A DNA stretch of 64,000 nt from an uncultured Eubacteriales bacterium (lineage in GTDB: Bacteria; Bacillota; Clostridia; Oscillospirales; UBA644). The notes below the pieces were generated by a model. That model ran no database searches, was not told the origin of the DNA, and saw only the letters and a list, made by a program, of their open reading frames with translations. Made by a program: the position numbers and the translations under genes. Numbering within the stretch: the stretch's first letter is position 1; every line of letters starts with the position of its first letter. Positions 57,373-64,000 of the stretch are shown piece by piece. The DNA lies in contig CABKLX010000007.1 of NCBI GenBank assembly GCA_902373415.1, forward strand, positions 87,894-151,893, in the 5' to 3' direction.

Positions 57373-59762
57373 TGGAAAACACAAAAGGAAAAACCGAAAA
57401 GAGCCTCAGCGTTCCGCAGTATTTTTCATGGGTCAACCATAATAACGACGGAACGACCGAGGAAATCACTCTGACGAACCTTGATTTTTTCGCGTGGCTT
57501 AAACGCGAGTTCGGTATGAAGATCGAGATTTACGCGCTTGATGCGGGAAATTTCGATTCCCCCGCGCACATGGCTTTCGATCCCGAAAACGAACAGTTCC
57601 GTCGGAATTTCCCGAACGGTTTTGAAAAGATCGCCGCTCGCGCACGCGAGCTCGGCATAAAGCTCGGCTATTGGTGCGGTCCGGACGGTTTCGGCGAAAC
57701 GGAAGAGGACGCCGAAAAGCGTTCCCGCCAGATAATCGACCTTGTTGAAAAATACGAGGCTGGGCTTTTGAAATTCGACCTTGTCGGCGGCGATATACGC
57801 CCCGAAAAGATACCGATGTTTGAAAAAACGATTATTGAATGCCGAAAGATCTGCCCGGAACTCATCGTGCTTATTCACCGTCTCAATATCGGCGACGCAC
57901 AGCGTTTTGCGACCACTTTCCTGTGGGAAGGGCAGGAGTCTTATACCGATGTGCTTGTCTGCAACGACAGACCTGCGCCGCACCACCGCGAAGGCGGTCT
58001 TGTTCGCGGACTTGTTCCCGGAATGCAGCGTCTGACGGAAGATCACGGCGTATGCCTTTCCTCCTGCCTTGACTTTTTCGAGGACGAACTCGTTTTGCAG
58101 GCGTTCTCCCGCTCGCTGATACTTTCCCCCGAGATATACGGAACTCCCGCGTTTCTGCGCGACGATGAGTTTCCGCGTCTTGCGCGTATATACAATATTT
58201 CCGCGAAGTATGCGCCGCTACTCGTTGACGGGTTCAGGCTCGAAGACGACGATACCTGCCGCTTCGGGGAAAACGCCGTCAGCAGAGGAAACGGCAGAAC
58301 GCGCGTCATGACTTTCAAAAACCTTTCGTGGCAACCGTTTGAGGCGGTCATACGGCTTGACGGAACGGTCGGTCTGGAAGGAGACGGAAAAGTCCGCGTC
58401 GTTCGGTATTTCCCGACACAGCGTCTACTCGGCGATTTTGACTTCGGTTCGGTCGTCCGCGTCACGGTCGATCCGTTCCGCTCCTGCATGATCGTTGCGT
58501 CGCTTGACGGAATAGACGACGTTTTGCTTACGGACTGCGATTACGAAGTCGTGCGCGACGTCGAAAACCGCCCCGTTGAGGTCAATATCGTCCGCGCCGA
58601 CGGAAAAGTCCGCCTGATCTCTCCCTGTTTCGGGAAAGCCGCGCTCGGCGGCGAAAACGCGCCCGAAATTCTCGGTGACGGAGCGGAGATACATCTCGAC
58701 AAATCTGTTCACGCGCCGAAATTCCTCGGAACTTTTGAAAACTGCCCGATCCCGTCTTTCGCGGAAACTCTTTATGAAGCGGCATGCTTCGAGAGCGACG
58801 GCGTGAGTCTTGAAAAAGCCTCTCTTCGCCGCGCGGGAAAGACGAAGTATCCCGAAGTCGAAGCCGCGCGCAACGCGTTTTTCGGTCAGGAGGGCTATTA
58901 TATAAGAGGGTGCGACCCCGAATTTATGTTTGACGGCAAAGACGAAACATTTTACGACGCCCGCTCGCGCAATTACGGACGTCGCGTGAAAAACGGCTGT
59001 CTGCGCATCGATCTCGGAAAGACCGTTGACGCCGATCGCGTCTGCATGGAGGTCTTTTCCGCCGATGAAGGTTCTCTTGCCGCGCTTCCGAACATATATC
59101 CGCAGATGGGCGAGACGTCGCAGGATCTGTTTTCATGGAACGAAATGCCGCTTCTGTCGCGCAGGGAACTCCGCCGCGCCGAAGAGCCGTTTTCGATGGA
59201 GAATGTCAACAGAAAAGGGTATGACATGGGATATCGCGTCCTTGTCGAGTATTCCGTTTCCGCACCGTTCAGGTATCTGCGTCTGCCCGAGCCGCCCGAT
59301 CATATACATTCCCTTCGCTTTTTCAAAAACGGAGAAGAGATCGCGGTCGGAACTCCGAAAGCGAACAATATGCTCGCGGCGTTCAAAAACCGCTCCGTTG
59401 TCAGCACCCGTAAACTGACCGTTGAGATCCCCTCGGACGCGAGGGAAGGCAGTTATATCACCGTCGCCTGTTCGGGCGAACACGGCAGGGAATGCCTTTA
59501 CGCCGCCGCTGTCTGCGGTTCGCGCTTTGTCGGTTGCTTTGACCGCGCGCCCTCGTTCCCCGTGCATTGGTGGGGACATTGGACGATCGACTGTTCGCAT
59601 AATTCATCGCATTATATCCGTATCGGCGACGGTATGCGCGGAAAAAGCGTTGACGTTTATTTGCTTCTGCTTGACGGCGGAGTCGAGGATTACACAGCCG
59701 ACGCGTATCTTTGCGAAGAAAACGGCTCGATGCGCGGCGCGGAACTAAAATTGGAGAGGTAA
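57372..59762 (+). CDS. putative glycoside hydrolase with GH-D clan (GH27/GH36 melibiase-like) TIM-barrel N-domain
   Basis: 796 aa; start overlaps the MATE stop (ATGA); motifs parallel to alpha-galactosidase blocks (LDAGNF~DDGWF; NFPNGF~KFPxGL; GIKLGYWCGPDGFG~GMKFGLWxEPE); large C-terminal beta-rich region; no signal peptide. Confidence 0.45.
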   Translation: MENTKGKTEKSLSVPQYFSWVNHNNDGTTEEITLTNLDFFAWLKREFGMKIEIYALDAGNFDSPAHMAFDPENEQFRRNFPNGFEKIAARARELGIKLGYWCGPDGFGETEEDAEKRSRQIIDLVEKYEAGLLKFDLVGGDIRPEKIPMFEKTIIECRKICPELIVLIHRLNIGDAQRFATTFLWEGQESYTDVLVCNDRPAPHHREGGLVRGLVPGMQRLTEDHGVCLSSCLDFFEDELVLQAFSRSLILSPEIYGTPAFLRDDEFPRLARIYNISAKYAPLLVDGFRLEDDDTCRFGENAVSRGNGRTRVMTFKNLSWQPFEAVIRLDGTVGLEGDGKVRVVRYFPTQRLLGDFDFGSVVRVTVDPFRSCMIVASLDGIDDVLLTDCDYEVVRDVENRPVEVNIVRADGKVRLISPCFGKAALGGENAPEILGDGAEIHLDKSVHAPKFLGTFENCPIPSFAETLYEAACFESDGVSLEKASLRRAGKTKYPEVEAARNAFFGQEGYYIRGCDPEFMFDGKDETFYDARSRNYGRRVKNGCLRIDLGKTVDADRVCMEVFSADEGSLAALPNIYPQMGETSQDLFSWNEMPLLSRRELRRAEEPFSMENVNRKGYDMGYRVLVEYSVSAPFRYLRLPEPPDHIHSLRFFKNGEEIAVGTPKANNMLAAFKNRSVVSTRKLTVEIPSDAREGSYITVACSGEHGRECLYAAAVCGSRFVGCFDRAPSFPVHWWGHWTIDCSHNSSHYIRIGDGMRGKSVDVYLLLLDGGVEDYTADAYLCEENGSMRGAELKLER

Positions 59763-60793
59763 TGAAGATGAAAAGATTCTTTGCAATGTTGCTGTTTGCC
59801 GCCGTTTTTTGCACGTTTTTGGCCGGGTGCACCGTGAGCAAACGAACCGAAGAAACGACCGAAACACCCACAGCGCCCGAACCGGAGCGCGAACGCGATG
59901 AAAACGGTCAATTTGTTTTCGATGTTCCCGATGTCATGAACGGGCTTTACTGCTCCCCGGGGCTTGACTTTGCAAACTCCGAAGATGTCGAGGGAACGGA
60001 TTACGTCAACTGCGTGATTCTTTCCGCTTATGCACAAGACGACCTTGCGGGGCAGATACGCCTTGCGATAAAGAACGGCAACGCATTTTGGATAAACACC
60101 CAGTTCCTTGAAAGAGGAATTGTCAAAGATAAGTGGGGCAGACGCTATATGGCGATTGCCGAAGATTGGCAAAGCGAAATGGACAAGGTCGTTGCGACCG
60201 TGCGCGAAGAGGGCGCGTTCAATTACTTCCTCGGTTTTTATATGGATGAGCCGTTGCTCAACCGCTTTTCCGTCAAAAACATCTATGACTTTTCAAAATA
60301 CAATCACGACACGTTCGGCAAACGCTACTTCATCTGTTTTTCGGTTGAGGGAATAGTTCCGTCCGAATACAACGACGGCGTGACAAACGGACATATGACA
60401 AAACAGTATTCGACATATATCACGGACGCCGCCTACGATATGTATTGGGATTTTGAAACGTATAAAGATAAGTACGAGCGCATAAACGAAAAAATGAAAC
60501 TTGAACTGCCCGACGCTTGCCGCATTTGGTATATCCCGTGGGCATATACGACTGCGGACAAGAGTATGCCTGCCGTCAGGCTTATGGAAAATCAGTTGCT
60601 TGCGCATCTGAACGGAATGAAAGAGTTCCTCGACGGCGAAAAACATAAAGGCGGCTTGATGACATTTTGTTGGAAAGGCGAACATCTCGGCTTTTACGGC
60701 ATGAAAGAAGTCACCGAGCAGGGCTATTGGCAAAACTTCTTTGACAGATTCAAGCAGATAGGCAGAGAAATTACGGGCGAACAGCCCGAATAA
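59762..60793 (+). CDS. hypothetical lipoprotein
   Basis: lipobox FLAGCTVS; start at ATG 59762 (overlapping the upstream stop) or 59768; an internal ~150-nt segment has a diverged copy at 61497-61640. Confidence 0.65.
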   Translation: MKMKRFFAMLLFAAVFCTFLAGCTVSKRTEETTETPTAPEPERERDENGQFVFDVPDVMNGLYCSPGLDFANSEDVEGTDYVNCVILSAYAQDDLAGQIRLAIKNGNAFWINTQFLERGIVKDKWGRRYMAIAEDWQSEMDKVVATVREEGAFNYFLGFYMDEPLLNRFSVKNIYDFSKYNHDTFGKRYFICFSVEGIVPSEYNDGVTNGHMTKQYSTYITDAAYDMYWDFETYKDKYERINEKMKLELPDACRIWYIPWAYTTADKSMPAVRLMENQLLAHLNGMKEFLDGEKHKGGLMTFCWKGEHLGFYGMKEVTEQGYWQNFFDRFKQIGREITGEQPE

Positions 60794-60821
60794 ACAGAAA
60801 AAAGGATTTCGAGGTGTATTA

Positions 60822-61412
60822 ATGGGAGCATTTTTCATCAATCTTCATATCAGAAAAACCGAAACGGCAGATGTGCGTTCGGTCAAGGACGAATTTGCTG
60901 AATATTTGAAAGACAAAGGGTATCAGATGACCGAAAACGGTGATGACGCCGATGATACGGCGTATATTTATACGTCCGACAACAGCGATTGGATAACCGT
61001 TTTTTCGGACGTGCTGGAAATCGGCGACGAGCAGACCTTTGCCGAAATTCTGCACCCGTTTTCGAAAGCTTTGAACACCGACGCGCTTGCCGTTGCCTGT
61101 GTTGACAGTGACTTTCTTTTTATGAATCTTATTAACGACGGCGACGGAACCGACGCTTGGGCAAATGTCGGTTCCGTTGAAGAGTTGGGCATACGCCGCC
61201 GCTCAAATCTGAGCGCGTGGAAAAACAAGGTCTCGGATTTTGAAGCTTTCAAAAGCGCGATGAAAGAGCAGTATGTTTTTGCGGAAGAGTCTCTTAAAAC
61301 GCTTGAAGACGGCGCGAATCTGCCCATGTTTCAGGCAACCGCCTGTTCGGAAATAGCAGACGAACTCGCAAAAGAGGGCGAACTTGTTACCGTTTATCTG
61401 AAATGCCGATGA
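60822..61412 (+). CDS. hypothetical acidic protein
   Basis: 196 aa; no signal peptide; Asp/Glu-rich; no recognised motif. Confidence 0.45.
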   Translation: MGAFFINLHIRKTETADVRSVKDEFAEYLKDKGYQMTENGDDADDTAYIYTSDNSDWITVFSDVLEIGDEQTFAEILHPFSKALNTDALAVACVDSDFLFMNLINDGDGTDAWANVGSVEELGIRRRSNLSAWKNKVSDFEAFKSAMKEQYVFAEESLKTLEDGANLPMFQATACSEIADELAKEGELVTVYLKCR

Positions 61413-61496
61413 AACAGATGAGAAGGTATTGCCGAAGATCTTTTTAATGGGTCTTATTGAGTATATGCCGATAGCCGAAAACCGTCGGGAAGAGAC

Positions 61497-61640
61497 GGAA
61501 AGGGTCGTCGCGACCGTTCGCGGCGAGGGAGCTTTCAATTATTTTCTCGGGTTTTATATGGACAAGCCCCTGCTTAACCGTTTCAGCGCAAAAACCGTTT
61601 ACGGGCTTTCAAAACACAATCACGGGCGCGAAGACCGAAC
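61497..61640 (+). pseudogene. diverged fragment copy of the 59762..60793 lipoprotein gene
   Basis: translation VATVRGEGAFNYFLGFYMDKPLLNRFSAKTVYGLSKHNH aligns with VATVREEGAFNYFLGFYMDEPLLNRFSVKNIYDFSKYNH (residues ~140-180 of the intact gene); about 75% nt identity over ~145 nt; no proper N- or C-terminus. Confidence 0.6.
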
Positions 61641-61698
61641 AGAACTGCCGAAAATGACGGGTTTTGCCCATTTCATTGAAAATTAACAATTAAACCCC

Positions 61699-61726
61699 TT
61701 GACAAATTTTCAAAATGTAGTATAAT
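61699..61726 (+). promoter_or_regulatory. sigma-A promoter (TTGACA-16-TATAAT) of tRNA-Gln
   Basis: ccCTTGACAaattttcaaaatgtagTATAATata, about 30 nt upstream of the tRNA. Confidence 0.7.
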
Positions 61727-61754
61727 ATAAAGGCTTGATACACAGGCGAGGTAT

Positions 61755-61828
61755 TGCGATATAGTGTAAAGGTAGCACAGCAGCCTCTGACTCTGCTTGT
61801 CGGGGTTCGAATCCCTGTATCGCAGCCA
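61755..61828 (+). tRNA. tRNA-Gln (anticodon CTG)
   Basis: U1:A72 start (TGCGATA…TATCGCA) typical of bacterial tRNA-Gln; anticodon loop CT-CTG-AC; T-loop GGTTCGAATCC; discriminator G; CCA encoded; one C-U mismatch at the base of the anticodon stem. Confidence 0.75.
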
Positions 61829-61857
61829 TGATTGCCGACCGAAATAGATGACGTCGG

Positions 61858-61897
61858 TAAAATCCCAGAGACCACAAGGGTTTCTGGGATTTTTTAA
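61858..61897 (+). terminator. rho-independent terminator after tRNA-Gln
   Basis: aaatcccagagaccacaagggtttctgggatttttt. Confidence 0.85.
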
Positions 61898-62068
61898 TGC
61901 AAAAATCACTATGAAAACAAAAAGATGATATTGGGTGAAAAATCGGGTTTTCAAGGATTTGAACATTGCACACTAATTATTAGGGCGGAAATTGCGAAAA
62001 TCAATCGCAATTTCCGCCCCTTTTCGTTCTGACAGAAAAAGATAAATGTTAATTTAATATGTCTAAAA

Positions 62069-62323
62069 GTGGTTTGTTATCGTGGCGTTACTACGTTTAA
62101 CGCAAAAAATGTCAAAGCACTCTCGTGGACATTGGACAGAAGCGTTGTCGAGTGGTTTGCATCACGATTCGATGAAGACGGAACTGTGTATCAGGCACAG
62201 ATAAATGGCTGCCTTTCCGACATTAACAATCAGGCAGAAGCTATGTTTACTCGGCAGATAAAAGAAATGGCAGAAAAGCAAGGTGTAACCGAAGCACTTA
62301 AAGCTGAAAATCAAATGGAGTGA
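62069..62323 (+). CDS. hypothetical protein (AT-rich islet)
   Basis: 84 aa; lies in a lower-GC stretch immediately after tRNA-Gln; no motif recognised. Confidence 0.35.
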   Translation: MVCYRGVTTFNAKNVKALSWTLDRSVVEWFASRFDEDGTVYQAQINGCLSDINNQAEAMFTRQIKEMAEKQGVTEALKAENQME

Positions 62324-62442
62324 GCTGGACGGATTAACAATATCTGTAATCAAGCAACAGAATTTGTAAATGCTGAACTTATATATAATTAAATAGATAT
62401 GACAAATTGCCTGCCAAGATGTTTTGGCAGGCAATTTTACTT

Positions 62443-62823
62443 TTACTTGATTTCAGTTTTCCAAAGTCCGTGGAGGTTGCAGTAAGCATAAACTGCAACA
62501 GGTTTATCTTCGCCGGTGCAAAAGGTAGCTTCCGGGGTATCGCCAGGTTTAAAGGCTCTGCGCTGACCGCCATTCTCAGTTTCAACATAAACCCATTGAA
62601 TGTAGTGCTCCTCGGTCATGGGATGGGTTGTTTCGCCGACTCTTACATAAACGGAACCGTCTTCCAAATTCACAAAAGGCAAGTGCTTTTCTCCCGCCGC
62701 TTCGGTGGTGTTAGGGACCAGCGCCTCCATCTTTTGTCCGCAGCACATCATAGGGACGCCTGCATCGTGAATAAGACCGATCAAATTACCGCAATGGCGG
62801 CAAATATAAAACTTTTCTCTCAT
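62443..62823 (-). CDS. dfx: desulfoferrodoxin (2Fe superoxide reductase)
   Basis: 126 aa; N-terminal desulforedoxin-like CxxC…CC (CRHCGNLIG…MCCGQ); C-terminal SOR domain with His ligands and the C..H pair (…YCNLHGLW…). Confidence 0.85.
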   Translation of the reverse strand: MREKFYICRHCGNLIGLIHDAGVPMMCCGQKMEALVPNTTEAAGEKHLPFVNLEDGSVYVRVGETTHPMTEEHYIQWVYVETENGGQRRAFKPGDTPEATFCTGEDKPVAVYAYCNLHGLWKTEIK

Positions 62824-62835
62824 TTTTCATTCACC

Positions 62836-63981
62836 TTAATAATTTTCTTTACGAACTTCAAAATAAGCTTGCGGATGCTTACATACAGGACATATTTCGG
62901 GAGCCGTAGTACCAACAACGATATGTCCGCAATTGCGGCATTCCCAAACTGTTACACCGGACTTTTCAAATACTGCTCTGGTTTCAACATTTTTAAGAAG
63001 AGCACGGTATCTTTCCTCATGTGCTTTCTCAATAGCGGCAACACCACGGAATTGCTCAGCCAAATCGTGAAAGCCTTCTTCATCTGCTTCTCTTGCCATA
63101 CGATCATACATATCAGTCCACTCAGCATTTTCGCCTTCCGCCGCATGGAGCAGGTTTTCGGCAGTGTCACCAAGCTCGCCGAGAGCCTTAAACCACAGTT
63201 TCGCATGTTCCTTTTCATTTTCGGCAGTCTGCAAGAAAAGTGCTGCAATTTGCTCGAAGCCTGCCTTCTTTGCAACAGAAGCAAAGTATGTATACTTGTT
63301 TCTTGCCTGAGATTCGCCTGCAAATGCTTCCCAAAGGTTCTTTTCGGTCTTGGTACCGGCATAGGGATTCTTGGATTCTTCCTCAAGCTTTACGAATTTT
63401 TCTTTCGGCTGTTTGCAGACAGGACAGGTTTCGGGAGGAGTATCTCCCTCGTGAATATAACCGCATACGGTGCATTTCCATTTTGCCATTTTCGTTACCT
63501 CTTTCTTTTCTATATTTTCATTGAAATTTATGTTATGAAGCAATGCTTCCACCACATCCGCCGGAATATCGGGATAGGATTTTATCTGCTCTAAAAATTC
63601 TTTTGTGTTGGCGCTTTGCGGAAGCATAAAGCCTGCTTCCCGGCAAAGGTCTTCTGCCATAAGTCGAGACGATTTTGCTACCGCCTCCGAAAGTGTATCG
63701 GGCAGCTGGGAAGCTATGTTTTCAGCCTGCGCTTTGCTTTGAACGAGAGCACGCAACGCCTCGACTACTTTATCCGTTTTAGGCTGCTGCGGGGGCAATT
63801 CCTTCGGCATCATTGAAATAGCGCCTGAAGGACATGCCCCGGCACATACGCCGCAGCCGATACACTTATTTGGATCAATGATGCTGTCTTCTGTATCCGT
63901 AGCGCCGGTAGGGCAAACATAAAGGCAAAGACAGTCTTTTGTGCAAAGCCTTAAATTTCGTACTGCATATTTATCTGCCAT
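62836..63981 (-). CDS. fusion of a 2x[4Fe-4S] ferredoxin domain with a rubredoxin-rubrerythrin
   Basis: 381 aa single ORF; N-terminal CxxCxxCxxxCP ferredoxin motifs ([12 protein letters not shown]; [12 protein letters not shown]); a consensus internal RBS AAAGAGGTaacgaaaATG precedes [11 protein letters not shown]…CPVC (rubredoxin-like); ferritin-like diiron motifs (ExxH x2); C-terminal rubredoxin WECRNCGH…CPVC; outer start has RBS GGAGGTGcaagataATG. Confidence 0.75.
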   Translation of the reverse strand: MADKYAVRNLRLCTKDCLCLYVCPTGATDTEDSIIDPNKCIGCGVCAGACPSGAISMMPKELPPQQPKTDKVVEALRALVQSKAQAENIASQLPDTLSEAVAKSSRLMAEDLCREAGFMLPQSANTKEFLEQIKSYPDIPADVVEALLHNINFNENIEKKEVTKMAKWKCTVCGYIHEGDTPPETCPVCKQPKEKFVKLEEESKNPYAGTKTEKNLWEAFAGESQARNKYTYFASVAKKAGFEQIAALFLQTAENEKEHAKLWFKALGELGDTAENLLHAAEGENAEWTDMYDRMAREADEEGFHDLAEQFRGVAAIEKAHEERYRALLKNVETRAVFEKSGVTVWECRNCGHIVVGTTAPEICPVCKHPQAYFEVRKENY

Positions 63982-64000
63982 TATCTTGCACCTCCTTCTA

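Noticed and set aside
1-64000. CRISPR arrays, transposases, integrases, reverse transcriptases, rRNA
   Set aside because: No regularly spaced direct repeats, no DDE/tyrosine-recombinase/RT-like ORFs and no rRNA-like conserved stretches were found on either strand. Apart from the dockerin duplication and the lipoprotein gene fragment, the only repeats are the intron 5' copies.

Overview
This 64-kb window reads as chromosome from a Clostridia-type Firmicute, probably Oscillospiraceae/Ruminococcus-like. Evidence for that: a dockerin-bearing secreted protein, GGAGG ribosome-binding sites, sigma-A type promoters, and roughly 50-55% GC judged by eye. Most of it is ordinary core genome. It holds cysK-metY, a two-component system, tpiA-pgk, an ECF sigma/anti-sigma pair, three tRNA loci (Val-Asp-Gly, Ala, Gln), aspartokinase with an aminotransferase, hpt, trkA-trkH with a Ca2+ P-type ATPase, pepT, and a five-gene oligopeptide-type ABC importer.

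The main finding is a small ORF-less group II intron of class IIC type at 21753-22452. It sits 8 nt behind a rho-independent terminator, which is the characteristic IIC homing site. A second, truncated copy of the same intron 5' end (18069-18127) lies in the equivalent position behind another hairpin. Between the two copies is a ~3.6-kb segment with a different codon style (CTG/GGC/CCG-rich). It carries a GH78 alpha-L-rhamnosidase, an SGNH hydrolase and a 40-aa RpiB/LacAB-like gene fragment, so it looks like an intron-bracketed acquired islet.

Other points worth a second look:
- The OppC-type permease has an RCC1 beta-propeller inserted in its first extracytoplasmic loop.
- The OppF ATPase has a ~200-aa coiled-coil insertion.
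- A three-gene cluster encodes an SPFH/zinc-ribbon protein, a zinc-ribbon membrane protein and a TPM-domain protein.
- The ECF anti-sigma factor carries four PepSY repeats.
- A ferredoxin-rubredoxin-rubrerythrin fusion sits next to desulfoferrodoxin in a lower-GC stretch beside tRNA-Gln.
- The metY and aspartokinase leaders are long and structured but lack S-box or L-box hallmarks.

No CRISPR array, transposase, integrase or reverse-transcriptase ORF is visible. Coordinates of non-ORF features were anchored to the ORF track; allow +/-1-2 nt.
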